DNA of 64,000 nt from Euglena gracilis (Eukaryota), in contig CP154954.1 of NCBI GenBank assembly GCA_039621445.1, positions 49,703,847 to 49,767,846 of the forward strand, written 5' to 3'. The position numbers were made by a program, and so were the translations under genes. The notes below the pieces were generated by a model. It was not told the origin of the DNA, did no database searches, and saw only the letters and a list, made by a program, of their open reading frames with translations. How positions within the stretch are numbered: position 1 is the stretch's first letter; every line of letters starts with the position of its first letter. This document shows, piece after piece, positions 52,407 through 64,000 of this stretch.

Positions 52407-54155
52407 GGGGGGATGTAATTAGCCGGAAATCCCTGAATTTCTGGGGAAAACGGCAGGTTGAAAAGGTGTGACTTGCAACCCAACCTACCCCCGCCCCCAG
52501 TCGTCCTCAGGCACAGCGCGGGGCGAGGGTGAGACCCAACACCCTTCTGCCAGGCCCGGGGTTGCAGGGCAGGCCCCGGGGCCGCCAGCGTCGGCTGCCA
52601 CAGTCGCCTCGCCCGGGGGACCCGCCCGGGGATGGCCTGGCAGGGAACGCCAGTGCGTGGGCGGCCGGGAGGGGTCCCGCCACCTCTGGGGGGCTCTGGG
52701 GCGTCTCTTGCCGCTCTTGCACAGGCGGGGGGGGGGGAGAGAAAACAACGAATGCGCTTGCACACACATGGCAGGGCTGAACCAGGAAGGCCGGGTGGGG
52801 GCCACCCCTCCCCCCACCCACCACCCTTGGGGTTTTGGGGATTCCTGTCCAGCCCCCCCCCCCATTTCAGCAAACCTGATGCTGACATTCCAGCCGATCC
52901 GCTCAGGGGTGGCTTACATTTGGGGGTTGCTGACATTCTTTCGCCATACGCGCAGAGCGGCTGTTAACATTTGGGCCAAACTTCTTCAAATGAAAGAAAA
53001 CTCTTCCAATAAAAACAGGAGGAGGTGCTTTTTTTTCAGAGCGAAAATGCATGCAACGCCATAACAACGTCCCAAAAAAAGTACCGACTGAGTCGGTTTG
53101 ATCATTTCCCCGAAAATTAGGTCATTGTTGTTTGTTTGAGTTTCCTTTGCCTTCTTACTTTCCAGCATTTCCCAACTATTTCCAGGACTGCCTGTTCCTG
53201 AACCCACAGCAGCAGCTCGAACAGGCTGAATTGGCCCAGAGAGCCCGGGCAAAAGTAAGCACGAACTGTTTGATTGGCCGCAGCATTTATACTGATATTT
53301 GATTTCTTCATTCGAATGCCAACATTGGACCCCTCCTGACAAACGCAGCTATTGGCGTGAGACCAGCCCTTCCTTGAACCGTTCCTTTCAGCGGTGAACG
53401 CGACACGCAACCCAAAACCCGACGACGGCCCCCCCCACATTGGGGACATGCAGGATCGAGGAAGGGTGTCGGTGGGTTCAGCAGTGTTTGTTTGAAATTT
53501 TTTGGGGAGGCTTCGGGACATTATCTCTTTTTGTTGCATGAAATGCAGATGTATGTTTAAATATGAGATGAATTCATTACAAACTTCAAATGAAGGTCAC
53601 CCCACCTTAAGCGGTCATTGCTGTTACGATGGGGAGTAATTGTGAACCACGAAAATAAGGTGCTCAGTGTCAAGCTACAAAAGTGATCGCCCTGGGAACA
53701 TAATGCTGTTTGGGGGGTCGATAAGGAATAGAGGATTGGAAATAGTGGTCAGGTTGAAACACTGCAAGATGAGGTACGACTGGAAAAGCAGACTGGGGAT
53801 ATGTATCAAGGTGAATCTATGTGCCGCCGGAATCGAGGGGCATATAGGATTGAAAGTTTAGGTCCGCAGTTGGCGTTGAAGCAGAGAGGATGGAGAGGGG
53901 GGCCTTTTGCGTTGTTGTGGAACAGAGCATGGGACACAGGATGTGCTGGTAAAACATTCGTGTCTATTTAAAACTAAATGGTGCAAAAAAGGCAGGCGAT
54001 GCTGATGGGTGCTAGTATAATTGGCTTTCAAAAAATTTGCAGAAAATCACAGCTTCATATTTTGTATATGCTATTTATTCATATGCTGTAACTGCATTGC
54101 ACCCTGCATGTCCTCAGGCATGACACTTTCTCAGGGATCTTCCCTCTGACACCAC

Positions 54156-55982
54156 TTAGGAGGCCGGATTTGCACTTACCCCCCCCTATGTCCAATGACC
54201 AATAACCTCTGTCCTCTGACCGGGGGGGGTGGTCATTGGACATAGGGTAGTGACCAAAAAGGTGTCCTCTGACCGGGGGGGGTGTGGTCATTGGACATGG
54301 GGTCAAAAGAAAGTTGGTGGGTGCCCGGGTCCCTACCCACCCAAAAATGCCTAAATTTTCCCTTCCGGCGCTTCGCGCCGAAAATTTTGGGCAATTTTGA
54401 CAAATTTTGTCCAAAAAGTGTGAAAAATGGCATTTTGGCCAAATTTTTGGCCAATTTTTGGGCAAAATTTTTCGTCCCGGCGCTTCATGCCGGGACCAAA
54501 AATTTGGTCAAACCTCCGAAAAGGTGTCCTCTGACCGGGGGGGGTGGTCATTGGACATAGGGGGTCGTTGGACATAGGGGGGGGGTAAGGGTTTTTTCTA
54601 TTGGAATGGGCACATTTGCGCAAATTCACAATTTTTACGAAACACCTAGGACCCTGTAGCCTGACACAGGGAAAACAATTTACAAACTGCTGCAACCCTC
54701 TATTAGAGGGTTGTAACACCAAGTGGCTGGGTACGCATGTTGCTTACCGAGTGACGCGACGAGGGGCGAGGCAATGATTTTCTGAATTGTCTCGCCAAGA
54801 TCAAAAGGAAATGCCCCATAAAGCCTCCATTGGCTCCCCAAAAGCAACCAAAATGACCTAAAATGGCTTGCAACAACCAAAAATTACCCAAAAACGCCAA
54901 CAAAATCCACAAAAGATAGTGAAAAATGACCCAAAATTGCCAAAAGGGCGCAAAATGGCCAAAATTCCATAAAAAATGCTCAGATTGACCCAAATTAGCC
55001 CAATATTTGCCCAATCAGTGACAAATAGCCCCCAAATTAGCAAAAACTGATCCATAATGGCCAAAATGGGTGTAAATCTGGAGATTTGTGAGAAAATTAT
55101 CCAAAAATGGGTTTAGTTCTTCAAAATATACAAAAAAAATGCCAGCATCGCCCAGCAACACCCTGCATCGCCCAGCATCGCCCAGCGTCGGAACCCCACC
55201 TCTGGTCTCCAAAAATCCAGCATCACCCAGCATCACCCAGCATCACCCTGGAACGCCCAGCATCATCACAGGTGCTTGTTCCAGAGGCAAAGCTGCCGAA
55301 TTCCTTCATCCATTCCCCTTCGGTTGGCCAACCACATGCAAGTCGGCCCTGGTCGGCCCTGGTCGGAACCCCCACCTACGGGTGTCCTGAAAACCATAGT
55401 CGGCCCTGGTCGGCCCTGGTCGGCCCTGGTCGGCCCTGGTCGGCCATAGGTGCCTGCTTGTGGACCCAGTTTCTTCCCCTGCGCATCATTTGCCAAACAC
55501 CATCAACTTACCTTTCTCACCCTATGCCCTTCCCTCCCACTTGGTCAGACCACACCCACAAACCCTGGCATTTCCTCCACGCGCTTTGCCAAATTCCGCA
55601 GAACACCACACCGACGTGCCGCAAACGAAGCAGTCCAGCAAAGACCCAGGACGCACACCAGCCGGCAGCTCGGGCTTAATCCGGGAAAAAGCCGAAAAAA
55701 GCCGCAAGAAGGGCAGTAAAGGTCCCATTCCTTTGCCTCTTTTTTTTTTGCACTCCTGAGGGGGTCCCGGGGGTTTCGACGTGCGGAGCCTGTTTCTGAC
55801 CCCCCCCCCAAAACACCATTTTTGGCCAAAATCCCAGAGTCACACCACCAAAAACAGAATTTTGCTCATTTTTTGCACTCTCTTGTCAAGATGTTATCAA
55901 ATCCACACAACCAAAATAAAAAAAAATCGCCAATCTGCGCAAACCAACACGAAAAAGCTTAAATGCGAATCTGGCGGCCTGA
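54156..55982. mobile_element. Diverged second copy of the 8836-11820 family with two nested insertions
   Basis: TTAGGAGGCCGGATTTGCACTTA[insert]AGG.. matches 8836-8940; 55520-55980 resembles 11300-11820. Confidence 0.72.
54179..54585. mobile_element. TA-flanked MITE (Tc1/mariner-like)
   Basis: C(n)TATGTCCAA...TTGGACATAG(n) TIRs; TA on both sides; interrupts the CACTTAAG of the host TIR. Confidence 0.85.
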
Positions 55983-56563
55983 GCACCAGGGAACTCGAGG
56001 GGTGTCGAAGAATGCGGGGAATTTTTACGCAGTGCGAACAATGACTGACGCACTGAACAATGACTGAACAAAGAATGGTGCAGCCCATGCCGCCCAAGGT
56101 GGCAGTTCACCAATCTTACCTCCCCCCCTGCCTAACCACTGGAAAAGACTGGTAAAGGCCGGGGAGGGGAGTTTGTCACAATGTGGGTAAAAACCAAGGC
56201 GATGGCGCTCAGACAAAAACCGCAACTGCAATCAAGCGTTTTGCACCCCAAAAAAACCTGTTGAACTTAGAGGCATTTGGATGAAATAAATAAAAAAAAA
56301 CAACAAAATGCCACCAAATCAAGCTTGAAGAGTTTCTAAATATAAATTTTCGGGAAATTCTTCTTAGAAACACACACAAGATAAGCGTCCCCGAGAAAAA
56401 GACCTTTAAAAGAGTGGGTGAGGAGTGGGGGGTGTTTATACAAAGGGGGGTAGCATCCGCGCCACACAACATGACTGTCGTAGCAAATGGCCCCCGCTGC
56501 CATATGCCAGCCTGCTCTGGGAGCAGTTGGTGGTCGGCCAGGAGGTTCCCGGCCCGCCGCCGC

Positions 56564-59500
56564 TCAGCAGGACACGAGGTTGAGGTCGTGGAAGATGTCG
56601 ATGAGCACGCTGTCCAGCCCCAGCACCGACTGGAGCAGCCGCCGCGCCGTGGAGTACTGGGGAACGAACTCCCCCGCAGGGCCCCGCTGCGCGTCCAGCC
56701 CCCCCCCCCCCTTCCCCCCCGTGCCCCCCGCCTGTGCCGGCACAGGACGGGCGACTTTATGCGGCGCTGCGGGAGAAGGGGGTGCTCGGCACTCTGCACC
56801 CAGTGCCAAACACCTTGTGGGCTATGGCTTGCCTGGTGAGCTACGGGGTACATGACTGCCCGTAACCGGCACTCATGCGACCTTTCACGACAAAGAAGCC
56901 CGGCACAGGTGTCCCGCATTCGTGTTGCGGGGAGCTGCGGGGCAGGGGATGGTCACGTATTGGGCCAGTGCGAGGATTGCTGCGGTTCCTTTTAGTTGGG
57001 CTCGTCCTGAAGCTTCCCTTAAAAACCCTGGGGGTTCTGCAGGTTCTGGTTGTGCAAATATGCAAGGAAAGGCAAAAATATAGACCAAAAAAATGATGAA
57101 AATGGTGAAAAATATTGACAAAAATTTGGTCTCTGGGAAATTTTGGGCAAAATGAGGAATTTTTCAAAGTTGTAAAAAAAAATGTAAAAAAAAATGTAAA
57201 AAAATCCATCAGAAATCGAAAAATTCAGAGAAAAAATTTATCCCTTTTACTCTCTTGCGCGATTTACATGATTTCAAAAAATGGATTCACGTGATTTTAC
57301 GTGGCAAAACCATGACGGCCCCAAAATGGCCAAACAATGACCTAAAATTACTTAAATGGACCAAAATGGCCTGAAATGCCACATAATATATAATATATAT
57401 TTGCTCATAACAACCAAACTAAGCAACGTTGACCCAAAAGGGTACAAAGGGGCGAAACATGAGAGCAGTCACCCAGCATCGCCCAGCGTTGGAGAGCTTG
57501 TCCTCTGGGGGGGGTCTGCTTCTTCCGAGCTAAAAAGAAGTTTCCTGGTTTTCAACTAGGATCCAAGGATGGGGATAGGATGGGGATCATCGGGGGGGGG
57601 GGGTTGAAAAAGACAGGCTGATGAAGCAAACAGCTGGCTTCAGCGATGCCCTGCTCTTCCACATCTTTCCCAGTGACCTCCTTGCTTGAGGGCTGACAAC
57701 AGCGCCATACTCCAGAGTTCATGGGGAGAGGGGATTTGGGCAGGCACATCAACCCCAAAGAGCGATTCTGGGTTTAAACCCCGGGATGATAGATTCACTT
57801 CGTGACCCGCGGGGGGGGGGGGCACTTTTTCCCGGGCCCAAACCCACCCACTCACTTTTTTCGAAAACCGCCCACCCACCCTGCCCGGGGGGGGGGGGGG
57901 GAAGGGGTCAGCCACCCCCACTGAAAATTCAGCCAAAATCGGTCAAAAAAAAGCCGAAAAAATTCCCAGCCCGACCTTCAGCTGAGCAAAAACCTGACCC
58001 ATGGCGCACCCCACCCAGGGAGGGGGGTCCCAGGGCCACCCACCCACTCTCGAAACCCCCCACAGGTGAAAAATAAATCAATACTTGGGGACTCGCAGGA
58101 CTTACGAGGGGCTGGAGTGGAGTGGGATGGAATGGAGTGGCGGGTAAACTGCCATTTCAACACGAAACCCATTAAAATGCGGTTCCAAAAAATGCAAAAT
58201 GGGGCAAACACTTGTGCAAGACGAAGCCCCCCACCCCTGATTTAGCCGATGGCAGGATCAAAAACCTCACTTTTGCTAAAACTCCAAAATGGGAACAAAG
58301 GACGAATGGGGCCCAGAAACCTGAAATGCAGAAATGGGAGCCACTAACCCCCGCCCAATGCTTGTTTCATGTTTCCACAACTGGCGACGCTTCCCCACAG
58401 TGTTGGTGGGGAGATGCACAAAAATTTGGACCATGTGCAATTATTTTGCCTCTGACTGTGTCATTTTCAGCCGCCAAAGAAAACCCCCATTGCTTTTAAT
58501 TTTGTCCCCCCAAGCCAGTTTGTAATTTTGGAAGAAAACTCTATTCATTCTCCCCTCCGCCAAAATCAAGCGTCCCGATAACCCCTACTGAAACCCATTT
58601 TCTTTTTAGCACAACTTATCCAACACAATTGTCGAGGGGGTTTTTGGACTTGGAGGTGGACGCTGTACGCCAGCATTCCTCCTCCTCCTCCTCTGCCAGC
58701 GTTTTCCGCATCGACTCTGCAAACTTCTCAAACTCTGCGGTGAGGTCCGGGGACGCTGCTGGCATGACGTGCTGGGGGGCGACAGGCATCGGCAGCACCA
58801 CGGTGGATTCCTCCGCTCCCTCAGCTGGTGTTGTCGACAGGCGGTTGCGGTCAGTTTTGGAGGACAGCTTCCAGGAGCGAGGGGGGGGATGCAACATGAA
58901 CTCACACACAAACAAAAAACGCGACAAAAAATGCAAAAAGTGAAGAAAAAAACAACACAAAAAGCAAAAAAAAACAACGCAAATTGCATGAAATATCCTT
59001 CAGGAGCCCCCGAGATGTAATACACTTTTCAACTGGATTTTGTTGCCCAAAACAAATGTAAAAATGACAAAAAAAATTGACATAATTTTCGGTCTCGGGG
59101 GGGGAAATCGGGGCCAAAACGAGGAATTATTTCAGAGTTAAAAAAAATTCCAGGACAAATCCAAAAATCGACAGAAAAAAACACGCGAATTTTTCCAAAA
59201 TCAAAAAAAAACACAAAAAAACACAAAAAAAACAATGCATTTGTGTTTCCCTCCCTGGCAGGAGGCTACTGCTGCAGGTGGGGGGATGGGCACCCAACAA
59301 CCTGCCCATCCCCTGGGAGATGGAGGAGCAGGCTTCTGTCTGAAACCATCAAGCCCTCCAACGTGGGACTTGGGGGGGGGTGCCCCCACCCCAAAATTGA
59401 AGGCATTTTCCAAAGAATTCTCCAGCGCTTCGCGCGGCAATCCCGGCATGCCCTGGCATCCCGGAAGCAACCGCGTGGCTGCTCCGGCGTCGGGGATGGT

Positions 59501-61339
59501 GATGACCGGCCCGTCCGGCCGGGACACCACGATGGGGCCAGGGCCGGCCGACCCACCACCCCCCGAGCCCGAGGGGACCGGAGGGGCGGCCCTGGGCGGG
59601 ATGCAGCTTGTTGCACTTGGCGCCGAACTTGCACTGGCCGGTCAAGGCCCACACCTCGCAGATCTCCCGCCCGGCCTGCGCCTCCACCGCCTCCGACAGC
59701 TGCTGGTAGCAGGGTTTTTTTTTTAAGACCGGGACGGGGCGTCCACGACTAAAAAAACCCCTGGCTGGTACACTGTGAGGTCCGGGTGGACGAAGCGGCA
59801 TTGGGACGACTGCGGCCGGTGCATGACGCACTTTACTCCCTGCGTTGGGATTTGTCAGCCGAATAATTGAGATGAAACCCCGCAAAAAAAAAACCTTAAA
59901 AACTGCATTTTGGGCATTTTTTTTTTTGACCCCCGGGGTCCGCTGAAATAAAGTTGGAGCCCCAGGCTGGACAGAAAAATTTTTTTTCGGCACTTCGTTA
60001 ATTTTTTTTATTTTAACTTTTTTTTTATAATTTTTAACTTTTACTTTTAATTTTTTTTAAAAAGGTAAAAATAGCAATTTTTTCAAAAATTGGCAAAGCG
60101 GAGAAAAATTTTCGGTCCTGCCCGGCTTTGCTGGGCTGGCCCCAACTTTATTTCAGTGGACCCCCGGGAGGTGCAGCCTGGCTGGGAGGTGCTGCCTGAA
60201 CCCCTCCCCAGGGGTTGGGTCCTGCGGCGTGAGAAAACCACTGCTGGAGGGGTGGTATAAAATTTTCAGTGACGAAAGAAGACTTCCATAAACAAAATAC
60301 GCGCTGGAAAAAGGATCGGCGAATGATTTCGTGCGACCAACACCCGCTGGGGAGTGACCCATGCCATGCCAGCCTCAGGGCGCTCTCGCGTGCACTTCCC
60401 CTTCAGGTAATCCGGCCCATACAACGGCCTGGCATCGTGATGGCGACGGCGGACCAGCGCAGCACTATCTGGGGACTAAAGATCCTTTGCTCTGACACTT
60501 TGGCATGTCAGGCAAACCCACCCAAAACCCAGCAGAGCGACCTCAGCTCAGTTTCCTGCCAGGTTTTGGAATCAGGGAATTTCTTAAGCACCAGCTGGCC
60601 AGCTGTGATGACTGGACCCCCCAGGGGTGGGGGTACGGGGGGGGGGGGGGGCCCACCTCCCCCCCCCCCCCCGGCCCTTGGCCTGGTAAATGGTTCAAGG
60701 TAAAACCAGAAAACTGACTTAGGGGAACCAAATATACATGCCAAGAACCTTGGCAGCCATGTGGAAAAGGACAAAGGCCAACTTTAGGGGGACCAAAATT
60801 TGTATGTAAAGATCAGGGGGGGGGGCAAGAGCCAGGGGGGTATTGGTTAATACTGCTGGACCCCCCCGGGGGTCTGCAGCCCGGCTAGGAGCTACTGGCT
60901 GGAAAAAAAATACCCCCCATCGGGTTAGGGTGGAATGGCTGCTGTTTGGAATGGCTTGGTTCAAAGCTGTTGCCGGAGGGAGTGGTTGGAACCCCTCCAG
61001 CCAAGCCAATCTAGGGGGTGGAGGTGGGAACACTTAAACAATGCGTGAACGAACTGAGCGGTTTTCTGCCGGGGGGGGGGACCAAAAAATCTTCCCCAAA
61101 CAGCTGCAAAAAAATGCGATTTAAGATGACAAAAGTTGTGGATAAAATGCTTTAAGAAGTTTCTGGCATGAAAGCGCGACTGGCGAGACTGGTCCCAGTA
61201 TCAATTCTGGGTCTCACACAGCGGCCTTGCTGCAGGCCGTGGTATGGGTGAGGCAGACGTTCAGTCCAGCATCGGCTTTGGCCTTGCGACCTCGCTTCGT
61301 CACCGTGGCAGTGGGGGCGTTGGCAGTGGTGGGGGCCAT
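56564..61339 (-). CDS. Tandem CCCH zinc-finger protein, multi-exon; 3' exons only partly resolved
   Basis: Join 61339-61250, 60412-~60382, ~59804-59767, 59704-59598, 59533-.. gives MAPTT..NVCLDYLKGKCTRE(x)QCRFVHPDLTVYQQLSEAVEAQAGREICEVWALTGQCKFGAKCNKLHPIVVSRPDG (two CCCH fingers). Probable later exons about 58870-58650 (DLTAEFEKFAESMRKTLAEEE) and about 56690-56564 (..DIFHDLNLVSC*, GC3-rich). Confidence 0.75.
59710..59763. mobile_element. 54-bp mini-MITE forming a non-conventional intron (59705-59766)
   Basis: Ends CAGGGTTTTTTTTTAAGAC...GACTAAAAAAACCCCTG; flanks GCTGGTAG/GCTGGTAC (7/8 TSD); termini match elements 522-788 and 22563-22849. Confidence 0.88.
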
Positions 61340-61692
61340 CGTTGAACAGAAAACTGAATGCTGCGCCGGAACAAGCGCTGGGCCAGCCAACCTCCACATC
61401 ATCGCTTCGCCAACCGCCGTTTTTCGACAAATATATTTCTGACCAGGCGCTGCCGTCATTGCAAATGGTGTTGGGCTGCGTTTTGTAGGTGGAGGACACA
61501 CCGCTTCCAGAGGACACACGCAGGGGGTACCTTAAAAAAACCGATAAAAAAGCGCCTTAAATTTCAAATTTGGCAAAAAGGGGGCCGACCGCAAAAGTAG
61601 AATCCTAACTTTTTGATGACCCCCGCGGTAAATAGCTCAGGTAACCAATGTTGTGAACATGAAAATGAATGGGGATTGTTATTCTTGTATTA

Positions 61693-62102
61693 CCCCCCCC
61701 CCCCTATGTCCAACGACCAGTAACCTCTGGCCTCCGACCGGGGGGGTGGTCGTTGGACATAGGGTAGTGACCAAAAAGGTGTCCTCTGACCGGGGGGGTG
61801 GTCGTTGGACATGGGGTCAAAAAAAAAGTTGGTGGGCACCCGGGTCCCTAACCACCCAAAAATGCCCAATTTTCCCTTCCGGCGCTTCGCGCCGAAAATT
61901 TTGGGCAATTTTGACAAATTTTTGTCCAAAAAGTGTCAAAAATGGCATTTTGGCCAAATTTTTGGCCAATTTTTGGGCAAAATTTTTCGTCCCGGCGCTT
62001 CGCGCCGGGACCAAAAATTTGGTCAAACCTCCGAAAAGGTGTCCTCCGACCGGGGGGGTGGTCATTGGACATAGGGGGGTCGTTGGACATAGGGGGGGGG
62101 GG
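61693..62102. mobile_element. TA-flanked MITE, near-identical family member of 54179-54585
   Basis: Same TIRs and body; TA flanks. Confidence 0.85.
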
Positions 62103-64000
62103 TAAGAAAAGGAAAAATTTCAATACCAAAAATAGCGATGGCAGCTCGGTGGCAGAACACGTGCTTCCCGACCTGTCAGACGCCGTTTTCTGCCCATTTT
62201 CTCCAGTCACACAGAGGAAAAAGAAAAAGAAAAAAGAAAAAGGAAAAAAAAAGAAAAAGAAAATAAAAAAATTCATTTGCAAAAAAAATCCCACGGACGT
62301 TGGGCTTGAAAACCACCCCGAATGTGAGGAATGTTCAGCAGAAGAAATGACCAAGCCCCACCAGAGGCCAAAATTGTACCGAAAATTGTTATCCCGCTGG
62401 GATTCGACTTCGGTCTACCAGGTGAACCAACAATCGCTTTGGGGGGGTTTGTAGGCGAACTGTACGACAGCAGGGATGTCATAATGCAAAGAAACGGTCA
62501 CGTGAAATCCAAAGCGGCGTCTTTTTCCCTTTGGATGTGCCCGGGGGGTGAGGGGAGGGGGCAGGGAGAGGGGAACAGCAACCCCTCCCTCCCCCTGGAC
62601 CCCACCCCCCTTCCCCGCTCTCCCCTACCCCCACCACCTCCCTGATCCCCTGTTGTGTGGACAAAATGGCATTTTTTTGTGGCAAAGGGGGGTTGTGGGG
62701 GCCTGTGAGCGGGCAAATTATTTTCCAAGGGAAGTCCAAGGGCCATGCCGGCATCTAATGGGGGTCCAAAATAAAAACGTCAAAAACCCCACTTTTCAGA
62801 TAGACAGTGTTCCAGCGATGCCAGCAATCATTCCCCCCCCCCCCAGAGTTGGCTTGTTTTTGCCGAGATTTTGCGACCTCATTTTCGGCTCGAATTTCGA
62901 AAATATTCCCAGAAAAAAATTTTAAGGTATTTTTGGGCCTTTGAAGGCAATTTGGTGGGTCCCACCAAATGTGAAATCTTAACTTTTGGTTTTTACCTTA
63001 GCCTCCACGGAGGCTAGTTACCTGAGCCTCCGCGAGGCGGTTACCTAACCTCCATGATACCTCTGCGGATCCTGGTTACCTCGAGCCTCCCTCTGCGCAG
63101 AGGGGATTCTTTCACAACTTCACACTCACCCCCAAACACCCTCTACATCGGAACCCCCCTATGGTGTGGGCATATGGGCAAAAATGGCTGTTTTTTTGGC
63201 CCTTTTTGGGCAATTAATCACACCTCTCGCTATTTTTGGCCCATTTTTATTGAACGCCCCCCGTTCCTACAACCGTCGACCCCTGACCTGTCGCAACCCC
63301 CGACCGGCGGTGGTTGTATACAGGGGTGGTTGTTGTGCAAGGGGGGGGGTACCCCCGGGACACTGATAAATCAGCGAGTACAGAGGTACCCCCCCCTCAC
63401 GTCTACAACTTGTATGACGCGTGCCCTCCCCGCACCCCATGCTATTGATTTTGCGTTCATTCTGCTGTGCCGGGTTACGAGTAAGTCGGAATAAAAGTAA
63501 TTTTTTTTTGTTTTTCGCAGCTCCATGTACTTGTGTTTTTTTCTTGACCCCCCTGACCGGGTCAGACCTGACCGGCATCCAGATGAGAATGACACGGGGT
63601 TCGTATTTCCTACCCCCGAGTTCACTCTGCCCTTTTTTCCCTCACTCCTCGCCGTGGTTTAACGAGACGGAACGTGGTCGTTCTAATGAGGGTGGTAAGG
63701 TTTTTTATCTTGTGGCCTTTTTTTCGCCCATAGTTTTTGAACCACAGGCACTCATTCTACAAGTCACCCTTTTTCCAACTTGCCATGGTGGTTTGTTATT
63801 TTTGTGGATTTTTTTTTTATAGCCCTTTTTTTCTGCACGCCTTTTCCCTCCCATTTAAAAAATTGCACCCATGGTCTTTGATCGAGGCCAAATTTCAGCA
63901 AAATGGCAATTTTTTTGCCCCATGACTTTTTGGCATTAACGTGGCCCACGGAATGGCTGGCCCCGATTTCATCTGGTTCCTTGTGACCCCTTCCCGTTCT

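Noticed and set aside
47930-53900. Additional genes in the NNT-CCCH intergenic region (ORFs 48327-48677, 51433-52371, 53117-53539)
   Set aside because: No recognisable domain or consistent exon chain; the longest frame runs through MITEs. A small gene near the GC-rich patches (51380-51780, 52500-52800) cannot be excluded
59805-59839. CAG|GVKCVMH.. as a canonical exon start
   Set aside because: This segment pairs with 60378-60365 (CTGAGGCTGG/CCGGCCGCAG) and excluding it gives proper CCCH spacing; exact junction uncertain by 1-2 nt
59349-59993. 214-aa read-through ORF as the zinc-finger CDS
   Set aside because: It crosses a MITE and changes sense at intron borders; only 59704-59598 is in the finger frame

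Overview
Eukaryotic, repeat-rich genomic DNA, most likely euglenid (Euglena-like), judged from the mix of GT-AG introns with GTGTG/GTATG donors and stem-forming non-conventional introns. Three multi-exon genes all lie on the minus strand: (1) a complete single-chain proton-translocating NAD(P) transhydrogenase (NNT, dI-dII-dIII; 29 exons, 45740->15447, about 1038 aa by manual joining; 19 canonical and 9 non-canonical introns); (2) a tandem CCCH zinc-finger gene (61339->about 56564); (3) a coiled-coil protein gene running off the window start (7554->1). Introns and intergenic DNA are packed with non-autonomous TIR elements. One class has CAG/CAT...CTG/ATG termini and 8-bp target-site duplications (hAT-like); another has TA duplications (Tc1/mariner-like); both often nest. 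Main observation: the non-conventional intron geometry (3 unpaired nt + stem ... stem + 5 unpaired nt) equals one TIR element plus one 8-bp TSD copy. At 59705-59766 a 54-bp member of a MITE family found elsewhere in the window, with a 7/8 TSD, must be removed in that register to restore the zinc-finger frame. This suggests MITEs acting as intron generators (introners) through the non-canonical splicing code. All exon joins were inferred by hand without RNA data.
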